64,000 bases of DNA, taken from NCBI GenBank assembly GCA_963665665.1, contig OY762428.1, forward strand, positions 1,984,001-2,048,000, in the 5' to 3' direction. Made by a program: the position numbers and the translations under genes. Numbering within the stretch: position 1 is the first letter of the stretch; every line of letters begins with the position of its first letter. This DNA is from Candidatus Kapaibacterium sp. Its GTDB lineage: Bacteria > Bacteroidota > Ignavibacteria > Kapaibacteriales > UBA2268. Under the pieces are notes generated by a model. The model saw only the letters and a program-made list of their open reading frames with translations. It did no database searches and was not told the DNA's origin. This document shows positions 20,711 through 29,980 of the stretch, piece by piece.

Positions 20711-21057
20711 TTATAAAAAAACATCCGATGACTTTAAGTCAGGATAGGTGTCGATAAAATCAAATATATCCCTACCGAGCGAAACGTCGTCATTATCGTA
20801 AGTATTAAACGGTTCCGCGTCAAAATCCTGATCATCGTAACAGTCATAGAGATTATGCAACAATCCGGCCATTTGTGATATTTTCGTTTTCCTTATCCAC
20901 TCTGCTTGAGCTTCTGCCGGCGGAAGCGTATTATCATAACCGGCTACTCTTGGAAAACGTCTTCCTTCCTGGTCATACCTGAGTCTTCCCATTCACCGTA
21001 AGAATATGAAAACACTGATAATAGGAATATAAGGCTTAGGGTTAATTGCTTTTTCAT
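20711..21057 (-). pseudogene. Truncated fifth array copy (signal peptide to GEWED, stop at 20944) joined out of frame to an unrelated ~90-codon fragment
   Basis: 21057-20983 matches the sibling signal-peptide sequence; translates MKKQLTLSLIFLLSVFSYSYGEWEDSGMTRKEDVFQE*; another frame (20711-20992) continues RYDQEG...DVFL. Confidence 0.8.
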
Positions 21058-21069
21058 TGGATTGCCTTT

Positions 21070-22416
21070 CTATTTTATAATTATCATTTTCTTGCTGGCA
21101 GCAATTCTGCCGTTTATCTCTATTGCATATACATATACTCCTGTAGGAAATTCCCCGGCGTCAATAGTAATGGCGCAGGGCCTGCCAAAACATGCTTCGG
21201 TTTCTTTTATTATACTTTCGCCCCTTTCGTCGCTGATAATCAACCGGACGCTGCCGCTGTAATTATCGGGAATATAATACATTATCTCGGTTTCATCCGA
21301 AAAGGGGTTGGGGTTGTTCTGGTAAAGGAGGATATCGCTGCCGTTCATTTCCTCTCCTTCTATTCCCATTACTTCGTCAACTATACAATCGGTTAGTTCG
21401 TGGCGAAAATACCTGTTTGTCCAGAATTTCATTGACAGGATGGCATAATTATTATTAAAAATCGGAACATAAGGTTCCATATCTCCCGGTATAATCTTTT
21501 GCCATGTAAATCCCTGGTCTGTTGATAAAAATAATCCAGCCGATGAGTTGATATTATTAACTAAAGCGCTTGCATATAAATTTTTATTGCAACTCGAAAA
21601 TTGATTCAAACAAGTATAATAGTGTTTGCCTTCAATAACACCATTATTGAATTCATGAATCTTTTCCCAGCTCATGCCATTATTTATAGTGGAAAACAGG
21701 TAGGGTCCAATCGATAAAAAAACTTTGTTTTCTATGTTTGTAATTCCGCGTTGAAGATAATGCCTATAAGTATTAAACACATTTCTAATCTCTTGATTTG
21801 TTATAATTTTCCAGTCAAGGCCGTTATATGAAAACAATATTTCCCTTGTTGTAAGTGCGAATAATCCCTTGCCCAGTGCTCCAAAGCCTTTGTTCGTAGC
21901 TAATATCTCGTCCGAATTTCCGGCATTGTTTCCGTAATCTCGGAAAGTCCAGGTAGTTCCGCCATCTGCGGAATAATAATAACCAATATATTTTTCTCGC
22001 AACATATATAATGTATCATTTTGCGCGGTAATCTGCTTTATTCTAAAAAAATAGCAATCCTCGTTATTATCATCTTTCAATACAATTCTTTCGAAAGTAT
22101 TACCCTTATTTTTAGAAACAAAACATCTTCCGCTCGTTGTCTGAACTATCAGGCTTTCGTTAATAAATTGCAAATATTCAAGAGATTTATCATTATATTC
22201 ATTTTTAAATACCAAAAACTGCTCCCATGATTCGCCATTATCAGGGGAATAATATATTGTACTATCCATCGCAATATAAAGAGTATCCGAATAGCTAGCC
22301 ATATTGTAATATAATGGGAATTTCGGAAAATTTAAAGAAAGGTCTTCCCATTCACCGTAAGAATATGAAAACACTGATAATAGGAATATTAGGCTTAATG
22401 TTAATTGCTTTTTCAT
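21070..22416 (-). CDS. T9SS-secreted BNR beta-propeller-like protein, array copy D
   Basis: Signal peptide; SPDNGESW, SADGGTTW, STDQGFTW; CTD LYQNNPNPFS...KKMIIIK. Confidence 0.9.
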   Translation of the reverse strand: MKKQLTLSLIFLLSVFSYSYGEWEDLSLNFPKFPLYYNMASYSDTLYIAMDSTIYYSPDNGESWEQFLVFKNEYNDKSLEYLQFINESLIVQTTSGRCFVSKNKGNTFERIVLKDDNNEDCYFFRIKQITAQNDTLYMLREKYIGYYYSADGGTTWTFRDYGNNAGNSDEILATNKGFGALGKGLFALTTREILFSYNGLDWKIITNQEIRNVFNTYRHYLQRGITNIENKVFLSIGPYLFSTINNGMSWEKIHEFNNGVIEGKHYYTCLNQFSSCNKNLYASALVNNINSSAGLFLSTDQGFTWQKIIPGDMEPYVPIFNNNYAILSMKFWTNRYFRHELTDCIVDEVMGIEGEEMNGSDILLYQNNPNPFSDETEIMYYIPDNYSGSVRLIISDERGESIIKETEACFGRPCAITIDAGEFPTGVYVYAIEINGRIAASKKMIIIK

Positions 22417-22428
22417 TGGATTGCCTTT

Positions 22429-23778
22429 CTATTTAATAATTATCATTTTTTTACTCGCGGCTATTCTGCCGTTTATCTCTATTGCATATACATAAACGCC
22501 TGTAGGAAATTCCCCGGCGTCAATAGTTATAGCGCAGGGCCTGCCAAAGCATGCTTCGGTTTCTTTTATTATACTTTCGCCCCTTTCATTGCTGATAATC
22601 AACCGGACGCTTCCGCTGTAATTATCGGGAATATAATACATTATCTCGGTTTCATCCGAAAAGGGGTTGGGGTTGTTCTGGTAAAGGAGGATATCGCTGC
22701 CGTTCATTTCCTCCCCTTCTATTCCCATTACTTCGTCAACTATACAGTCGGTAAGTTCATAGCGGTAATATCTATTTGTCCATAATCCCATTGCCAAGAT
22801 TGCATAATTGTTACAAAAAATCGGGACAGAAGGGTCCATTTCTTCCGGTATAATTTTCTGCCAGGTAAATCCTTGGTCTGACGAAGAGTAAATTCCGACG
22901 GAATTATGAAAAGTATTAATGCACGCCTTAGCATATAACACATCATTGCAACTTGAAAATTCAGTCAAAATTGTGTCATACTGTATGCCTTCAATTACAG
23001 GCGATTCGAACTCATGAATCTTTTCCCAGCTCATACCATTATTAATGGTGGAAAACAGGTGGGGTCCTATAGATAAAAAGACTTTGTTTTCAATATTAAT
23101 AATTCCGCGTTGTCTATGATGGCCATAAGTATTTAATAAATTTTTAATCTCTTTGTTAGTTATTATTTTCCAGTCCAGGCCGTTAAATGAAAACAATATT
23201 TCCCGTATTGTAAGCGCAAACAAACCCTTGCCCAGGGTTCCAAAGCCTTTGTTAGTAGCTAATATCTCGTCTGAATTTCCGGCATTTATTTTGTAATCTG
23301 CGAAAGTCCAGGTAGTTCCGCCATCTGCAGAATAATAGTAACCATTATAAACGTCTTCTCTTATAAGATATAAAGTATCATTTTGGCTCACAATACTTTT
23401 TATACTAAAATAATACCAATCCTCGTTATATTCATCTTTCAGAATTATCCTTTCATAAGAATTGCCGATATCTTTTGAAATATAACATCTTCTTTTCGTA
23501 GTTTGGATTATCAGGCTTCCATTTATAAATTGAAAGTATTCAATGAATTTATCATCATATTCATTTTCCAAATTTAAAAAATATAGCCAGGAATTGCCAT
23601 TATCTGAACTGTAATATATTGTATCTTCAATTGCAATATAAAGAGTATCTGAGTAACTTATCATATTATATTCTATAGGGAATTCAGAAAAATTATTAGT
23701 GAGGTCTTCCCATTCGCCGTAAGAATATGAAAACACTGATAATATGAATATAAGGCTTAGGGTTAATTGCTTTTTCAT
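22429..23778 (-). CDS. T9SS-secreted BNR beta-propeller-like protein, array copy C
   Basis: Paralog most similar to D; same signal peptide and CTD. Confidence 0.9.
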   Translation of the reverse strand: MKKQLTLSLIFILSVFSYSYGEWEDLTNNFSEFPIEYNMISYSDTLYIAIEDTIYYSSDNGNSWLYFLNLENEYDDKFIEYFQFINGSLIIQTTKRRCYISKDIGNSYERIILKDEYNEDWYYFSIKSIVSQNDTLYLIREDVYNGYYYSADGGTTWTFADYKINAGNSDEILATNKGFGTLGKGLFALTIREILFSFNGLDWKIITNKEIKNLLNTYGHHRQRGIINIENKVFLSIGPHLFSTINNGMSWEKIHEFESPVIEGIQYDTILTEFSSCNDVLYAKACINTFHNSVGIYSSSDQGFTWQKIIPEEMDPSVPIFCNNYAILAMGLWTNRYYRYELTDCIVDEVMGIEGEEMNGSDILLYQNNPNPFSDETEIMYYIPDNYSGSVRLIISNERGESIIKETEACFGRPCAITIDAGEFPTGVYVYAIEINGRIAASKKMIIIK

Positions 23779-23790
23779 TGGATTGCCTTT

Positions 23791-25119
23791 CTATTTTATA
23801 ATTATCATTTTCTTGCTGGCAGCAATTCTGCCGTTTATCTCTATTGCATATACATATACTCCTGTAGGAAATTCCCCGGCGTCAATAGTAATGGCGCAGG
23901 GCCTGCCAAAACATGCTTCGGTTTCTTTTATTATACTTTCGCCCCTTTCGTCGCTGATAATCAACCGGACGCTGCCGCTGTAATTATCGGGAATATAATA
24001 CATTATCTCGGTCTTATCCGAAAAGGGGTTGGGGTTGTTCTGGTAAAGGAGGATATCGCTGCCGTTCATTTCCTCCTCTTCTATTCCCATTACTTCGTCA
24101 ACTATACAATCGGTAAGTTCGTGGCGAAAGAATGAAGAACTATATAAATCCCAGCGTACTGCTACGAAAAGGTAATCATTATTTACTGCAAGATTAAAAG
24201 GTTCTATGATTCCCGGTATAAGGTTCTTCCATGTTTTACCGCTATCGGCAGAGCATAACAAACCGGCAGATTCAGATCTTTGAGCACAATAATCAGCGGT
24301 TGCATAAAGAATGTTATCGCAGGAGGCTAATCTCGTTATTATTGTATCGTAATCGCGGCCTTCAACTGTTTTTGTTTCAAACTTGCTTACAGAATCCAAA
24401 TAATGCCCCTGGGCGATTGTTTTAAATAAGTATGGCCCAACGGAAAGAAAAACCATGTCTCCCATTTTACCCATAGTTACATCATCATTAAAAATATATT
24501 TTTTCCATTTATCATTCAATTCAAGCGAACTGACCAACTTCCAGTTTTCAAGGTCTTCAGACATATATACTTCTTGATATAACAAAGCAAATACGCCGTC
24601 TCCAGTTGTTTCAATATCATAAATAATTGTTTCATATTGTTTAACGGTCTCATTATTCCAGGTTTTTCCCATATTTTCCGAGATATATAATCCATCATTT
24701 GCTGCTAATAAAATATTACCTTCCCAAAAATTTAAACATTTGTAATTATAAAAAAAGTAAACATCATCATTATTATTTTTTGTAATAACTCTTTCAAAAC
24801 TATCTCCCATATCGCGGGTTATAAAAAACCTGTTCAGATTTGTAATTAGAAAGAATACGCCGTCAAAATATTTATAATCTATTATTGCAGTGTCATCAAA
24901 TTCCGTAACTAAAGTAAATAACGTTTCCCAAGTTTCCCCGTTATCCGTACTTTGATATAAGTTCATACCGCCCGTAGTATATAAGTAATTGTTTTCAGGA
25001 GATATATATACTTTGCCGGGATTCTTTTGAAATAATTCCGTTACATTTTCCCATTCACCGTAAGAATATGAAAACACTGATAATAGGAATATTAGGCTTA
25101 GGGTTAATTGCTTTTTCAT
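23791..25119 (-). CDS. T9SS-secreted BNR beta-propeller-like protein, array copy B
   Basis: STDNGETW, SADSGKTW; C-terminal ~270 aa identical to copy A. Confidence 0.9.
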   Translation of the reverse strand: MKKQLTLSLIFLLSVFSYSYGEWENVTELFQKNPGKVYISPENNYLYTTGGMNLYQSTDNGETWETLFTLVTEFDDTAIIDYKYFDGVFFLITNLNRFFITRDMGDSFERVITKNNNDDVYFFYNYKCLNFWEGNILLAANDGLYISENMGKTWNNETVKQYETIIYDIETTGDGVFALLYQEVYMSEDLENWKLVSSLELNDKWKKYIFNDDVTMGKMGDMVFLSVGPYLFKTIAQGHYLDSVSKFETKTVEGRDYDTIITRLASCDNILYATADYCAQRSESAGLLCSADSGKTWKNLIPGIIEPFNLAVNNDYLFVAVRWDLYSSSFFRHELTDCIVDEVMGIEEEEMNGSDILLYQNNPNPFSDKTEIMYYIPDNYSGSVRLIISDERGESIIKETEACFGRPCAITIDAGEFPTGVYVYAIEINGRIAASKKMIIIK

Positions 25120-25131
25120 TGGATTGCCTTT

Positions 25132-26460
25132 CTATTTTATAATTATCATTTTCTTGCTGGCGGCTATTCTGCCGTTTATTTCAATTGCATATACATATAC
25201 GCCTGTAGGAAATTCCCCGGCGTCAATAGTTATGGCGCAGGGCCTGCCAAAACATGCTTCGGTTTCTTTTATTATACTTTCGCCCCTTTCGTCGCTGATA
25301 ATCAACCGGACGCTGCCGCTGTAATTATCGGGAATATAATACATTATCTCGGTCTTATCCGAAAAGGGGTTGGGGTTGTTCTGGTAAAGGAGGATATCGC
25401 TGCCGTTCATTTCCTCCTCTTCTATTCCCATTACTTCGTCAACTATACAATCGGTAAGTTCGTGGCGAAAGAATGAAGAACTATATAAATCCCAGCGTAC
25501 TGCTACGAAAAGGTAATCATTATTTACTGCAAGATTAAAAGGTTCTATGATTCCCGGTATAAGGTTCTTCCATGTTTTACCGCTATCGGCAGAGCATAAC
25601 AAACCGGCAGATTCAGATCTTTGAGCACAATAATCAGCGGTTGCATAAAGAATGTTATCGCAGGAGGCTAATCTCGTTATTATTGTATCGTAATCGCGGC
25701 CTTCAACTGTTTTTGTTTCAAACTTGCTTACAGAATCCAAATAATGCCCCTGGGCGATTGTTTTAAATAAGTATGGCCCAACGGAAAGAAAAACCATGTC
25801 TCCCATTTTACCCATAGTTACATCATCATTAAAAATATATTTTTTCCATTTATCATTCAATTCAAGCGAACTGACCAACTTCCAGTTTTCAAGGTCTTCA
25901 GACATATATACTTCTTGATATAACAAAGCAAAAACGCCGTCGCTTGTTGTTTCAATATCAAAAATATTTGAATTAAATTCCTTAACATTTATATAATACC
26001 AGTTTTTTCCCAAGTCATCAGATACAAATATTCCATAGTATGTTGATAAAAGAATATGATTATTCCAAAAATCAATTTTATTATGATAATTTAAAAAATA
26101 AATATCTTCATTGTTTTTATTTAATACAACTCTCTCAAAACTATTACCCATATTTCTGGTTATATATAAACTGCTTCTGTCAGTAATTAGAAAGAAAATA
26201 TCTTGATATACTTGAATATAAATAATTGCATAATCATCATATTCAGTTTCTAAGGAAAACAGATTGTTCCAACTTTCTCCGTTATCTGTACTTTGATAAA
26301 TATCAAGGCCATCGGAATGATACATATAATTATTATCTGTATCAATGGCTATTCTTCCCGGATGAACCTGGTTTAATTCAGAAACATTTTCCCATTCCCC
26401 GTAAGAATATGAAAACACTGATAATAGGAATATTAGGCTTAGGATTAATTGCTTTTTCAT
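25132..26460 (-). CDS. T9SS-secreted BNR beta-propeller-like protein, array copy A
   Basis: Start at 26460 (MKKQL) after GGGAG; same architecture as siblings. Confidence 0.9.
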   Translation of the reverse strand: MKKQLILSLIFLLSVFSYSYGEWENVSELNQVHPGRIAIDTDNNYMYHSDGLDIYQSTDNGESWNNLFSLETEYDDYAIIYIQVYQDIFFLITDRSSLYITRNMGNSFERVVLNKNNEDIYFLNYHNKIDFWNNHILLSTYYGIFVSDDLGKNWYYINVKEFNSNIFDIETTSDGVFALLYQEVYMSEDLENWKLVSSLELNDKWKKYIFNDDVTMGKMGDMVFLSVGPYLFKTIAQGHYLDSVSKFETKTVEGRDYDTIITRLASCDNILYATADYCAQRSESAGLLCSADSGKTWKNLIPGIIEPFNLAVNNDYLFVAVRWDLYSSSFFRHELTDCIVDEVMGIEEEEMNGSDILLYQNNPNPFSDKTEIMYYIPDNYSGSVRLIISDERGESIIKETEACFGRPCAITIDAGEFPTGVYVYAIEINGRIAASKKMIIIK

Positions 26461-26820
26461 AAATACTCCCATAAATTATGTTGTTTGTATTTATCCGGAA
26501 AAATGAAATAACCGGATAAATCATCTAACTGCCGCGCATACAATACACAACAGTTGTGAACTAATTAAGTTTCAATTCTTTCAATATCAATTAAAAAGCA
26601 AATGATGCGGCAATTATCCAAAGCCTGTAATCAATAACCCTTTATCAATCCTCAATTTCCAAATTCCAAAAATATTCTCCTTTTTCCCCCGTAGTGTCGT
26701 AAAGGCATTTTCGGGAGCAGTAATACGCATCAACCATAAAGTAAATAAAAGAATTGATATTTGCAAGTAAATATACAAAGAATATATATTCATAAAACAC
26801 AGCTCACCGTTTGCTTAAAA

Positions 26821-28650
26821 TCACTTCTTATTTACCATCATCATGCTCTGCAGGGCAAGCTGATAGTCCGGTTTTACTTTCAGCGCCATACCGAATGCTT
26901 CCCTGGCGGTTGTTGTGTCCTGAACAAACATGGCATAGCGGCCAATATTTGTCAGGTTCATAGCGGCGGTTTCCGTTATGCCTTCGTCAAGGTATGATTT
27001 TTCCTCAGGAATTGAAGCAATGAACTTATCAAGATTAATATTCTTACAGGAGGCTTTATAAACGCCTTTCTTTTCCAGCCTGAAAGCAAATCCCTGGGGG
27101 ATTTTTTCATAATTTTGCGCCACCTGCTGTTCGGATTGCAATACATCCATTGTGATATAAACCGGACGCGTTTCAATATTTTTATCGATAAAGGAATTCA
27201 GCATCCTGACAAAATTAGCCTGAATGCTGGCAGGATTGTAAGGTTTATCCGCCTCGAACAGTTCAAGGTCCCGCGAGAAAGCATCAATTTCCGGACGGCT
27301 CTTGTCTGTTATTTCCGGGTACCAACGGGACAACTGCGGCAAAAACCATGTGCGGCGCAGGAGTTCTTTCTCAATCAGCGCCACGTCCGGCCTAAGGCCT
27401 TCCACTCTTTGCTTATACCAGAAAGCCGAACACCAGAAGTCCCACTGGGCGGATATAATAATAGCATTCTCATCTAAGTTGTCGACAAGTATATTTGTGT
27501 ATTCGGAAACAAGGTAGTCTCCGGATTCATCGTTTTCTGTATAATTCATTACTGCTGAAAGCAGCGGTATAACAAATAAGGCAGGCAGCAAAGCTTTTTT
27601 CTTTTGCCAGATAAAGTAAAACCCGGCGCTCATGAAAAGAAGCAAAGCAATTATTGCAAGCGAGAAATAAGCATCAATATCATGGATGGAATAATTCATA
27701 GTATAGAAAAGGCATGTAAGAACCAGCAGAAGCATGAATAGAAACAGTTGCTTTGACTTCTTCCATACCTGCCAGAAACCGGCAAGTAAGGGCAGAATGC
27801 CTATCCAGCCGAACTGCAATGGCAGAGCACTGAAAAATTTACCAAGATTTTTTCCCCATACTGAGCTGTCCGAAAACATCCATACCTGGTACTGCTTGCC
27901 CTGCACGTGATACATAAATTTATCAAATCCCCGGGAAACCCATCCCCAGTTGAACTCGGGCTGCGAAGCACTACGCAGCGGCAGGTAGATATATAGGCTG
28001 ATGCCGATAAGCAGGGGGATGAATAACAAAAGCAATAACTTAATATTTGCCGTGCTGAAATCTGCTTTCTCTCCCGGTTTGAAGAAAAATATAAACAGCA
28101 GGGCAGGAACAAGAAGAATTGCCGTCATGTGGTTGGCAAATGTAAGGCCGAGCATTAGAGCCGCAACAAAAAGCATATTGACGGATTTTTCAAATAATCC
28201 CCTGAAAAGAAAATATAATACAAGGTTGAACATGAGGAGCTGGAGGCTGTAAACTTCGAGAGAAACGCCCTGCGCCCATATCGTAAGCGCGAATGAATAC
28301 GCAAGCGACGATGCCAGCGCAATGATGCTGTGATCGTCATCTTTGCCAGAAATATACTTTATCAAATTTCCGGAAAGCAGGTAGAACACCAGCCCCGAGG
28401 CTGCAGTAACAAACGCGGCGAATATATTCAGCGCAAAGATCTGCGATCCGGGCAATGGCAGATAAGTCCATAAATGACCAAGGATGGTAAACAGCGGATA
28501 GCCCGTGGGGTGAGCTATGCCAAGAGTGGAACATACAGCCGCAAGTTCGCCGCTGTCGGTATATTGCACGTCCGGCGCAAGCGTCAGCAAATAAATAATA
28601 AAAGGCAAAATAAACGAAAGGCTCAAAAATATAGGTTTTAGCTTCTTCAT
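26821..28650 (-). CDS. DUF2723/TMEM260-like membrane glycosyltransferase (GT-C) with C-terminal TPR-like region
   Basis: DSGEL...GIAHPTGYPLF, EVYSL, YLPLRS motifs; multiple TM segments. Confidence 0.85.
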   Translation of the reverse strand: MKKLKPIFLSLSFILPFIIYLLTLAPDVQYTDSGELAAVCSTLGIAHPTGYPLFTILGHLWTYLPLPGSQIFALNIFAAFVTAASGLVFYLLSGNLIKYISGKDDDHSIIALASSLAYSFALTIWAQGVSLEVYSLQLLMFNLVLYFLFRGLFEKSVNMLFVAALMLGLTFANHMTAILLVPALLFIFFFKPGEKADFSTANIKLLLLLFIPLLIGISLYIYLPLRSASQPEFNWGWVSRGFDKFMYHVQGKQYQVWMFSDSSVWGKNLGKFFSALPLQFGWIGILPLLAGFWQVWKKSKQLFLFMLLLVLTCLFYTMNYSIHDIDAYFSLAIIALLLFMSAGFYFIWQKKKALLPALFVIPLLSAVMNYTENDESGDYLVSEYTNILVDNLDENAIIISAQWDFWCSAFWYKQRVEGLRPDVALIEKELLRRTWFLPQLSRWYPEITDKSRPEIDAFSRDLELFEADKPYNPASIQANFVRMLNSFIDKNIETRPVYITMDVLQSEQQVAQNYEKIPQGFAFRLEKKGVYKASCKNINLDKFIASIPEEKSYLDEGITETAAMNLTNIGRYAMFVQDTTTAREAFGMALKVKPDYQLALQSMMMVNKK

Positions 28651-29024
28651 GCCAATTCCTGAATAATAGGGAATAATCAATTAACACAACATGGCAAAAA
28701 TAACAAAGCTGATGGATATATGAAACTTATTTAGGAATTTTGAAATTTTCCGAAATTTTCACTCAGGTATTTAATTAAAAAGAAATTTGGATAATTCTAT
28801 CCGGTTGAAATTATCGCTTCTCTTCTGAAATATTCAAAGAATTAAACTATTATTGAAATAAAGTCTGTTGTTAATTGTCTGTCTGACATAATTTTGTGAG
28901 TGTTTTTCTGAGTTAAAGTCTGATTTAACTTTGTTTAGATTAGTTAGTTAAAAACCTCAGATGATTACTTTGCATTTAACAAAATCATTACAAGTAATGA
29001 AAATATCAGGATAAAGAGATTAAC

Positions 29025-29405
29025 ATGACAGCAACAACGGCAGCAATAATTTTCGCAATTTTTTCAGGAGTAATCATGGTGTTCCAGGCATGCCTTGCAG
29101 CGGGACTGCCATGGGGAGCAGCATCAATGGGAGGAAAATACCCCGGAAAATATCCGCCTAAAATGAGATTTGTAGCTGTTTTAAATATATTTATTCTTGG
29201 ATTTATGGCACTTATTGTTTTATCAAGAGCCGAAGTGATACTTTCCGCAATGAGGGGCTTTTCGGAAATTGCAATATGGGTTGTTGTTGTATTCTATTTT
29301 GTCAGTACAATATTGAATACCATCACACCAAGCAGAATAGAAAGAATATGGGCGCCGGTAGCTTTCATATTATTGGTATCAGGTATTATTGTTGCACTGA
29401 GTTAA
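29025..29405 (+). CDS. Small 4-TM membrane protein
   Basis: Four hydrophobic segments; GLPWG..MGGKYPG loop. Confidence 0.75.
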   Translation: MTATTAAIIFAIFSGVIMVFQACLAAGLPWGAASMGGKYPGKYPPKMRFVAVLNIFILGFMALIVLSRAEVILSAMRGFSEIAIWVVVVFYFVSTILNTITPSRIERIWAPVAFILLVSGIIVALS

Positions 29406-29520
29406 CGCCTTCAAACCTGGAAAATTTGTTTTATTAACTGTTAATCAGTACGTAAATTAAAATAAATGATTTCTGTTATCGTTGTTTCGCATTAATAATT
29501 AATGTTATAATGAGGCTATA

Positions 29521-29979
29521 ATGTATCAGAAAATTATTCCACTATTAATTTTTGTGGTTGCCATATTTCTTTCCTCATGTTCGGAAGATGATCCCGTCGA
29601 ACATCATGAGGAGCATTTCGAAGCTGACGGTATTATCCTGTATCTGGATAACGAGGAGTACCTGAGAATCTACCAGGGGCAGATTGAATCCGAACGAACA
29701 TCATTCGAGATGACAAACAGCGAAACACTGGGAATCTTTACATTGAAATTTATTGATGATCACGGAGATTTGATTGATCCCCCGGATGATTTGGATAAAA
29801 ATCTTTCCATTCAGATTGATGATGAAGGCATTGCAAGCTATACTATCGACAGTAATAACCGTTGGGGATTTAGCATTACAGCTATTAGCATTGGTGTCAC
29901 ACAGATTGAAATAAGGGTGCAGCACGAAGACCACTTTGGTTTCCGTACTCCAAAAATAGATCTGAATGTGAGCGAGTAA
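29521..29979 (+). CDS. His-rich lipoprotein, putative metal-binding partner of the TonB receptor
   Basis: Lipobox LSSC; EHHEEH and QHEDH motifs; 1 bp upstream of the TBDR gene. Confidence 0.75.
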   Translation: MYQKIIPLLIFVVAIFLSSCSEDDPVEHHEEHFEADGIILYLDNEEYLRIYQGQIESERTSFEMTNSETLGIFTLKFIDDHGDLIDPPDDLDKNLSIQIDDEGIASYTIDSNNRWGFSITAISIGVTQIEIRVQHEDHFGFRTPKIDLNVSE

Positions 29980-29980
29980 G

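Larger units (their letters stand above)
20983..25470. repeat. Four ~420-bp direct junction repeats (CTD + 12-bp spacer + next signal peptide) at ~20983-21408, 22342-22760, 23704-24130, 25048-25470
   Basis: Near-identical DNA at 1341-1362-bp spacing; spacer TAG-AAAGGCAATCCA-ATG identical in all. Confidence 0.95.

Noticed and set aside
21046-25476. Repeated plus-strand ORFs (MLFHWIAF..., MPFYFIII...)
   Set aside because: Antisense shadows of the conserved CTD repeat; they recur only because the DNA is repeated.
21070-26460. Diversity-generating retroelement or invertase shufflon
   Set aside because: No reverse transcriptase or site-specific recombinase in the window; differences are not visibly adenine-restricted; all copies are in direct orientation.
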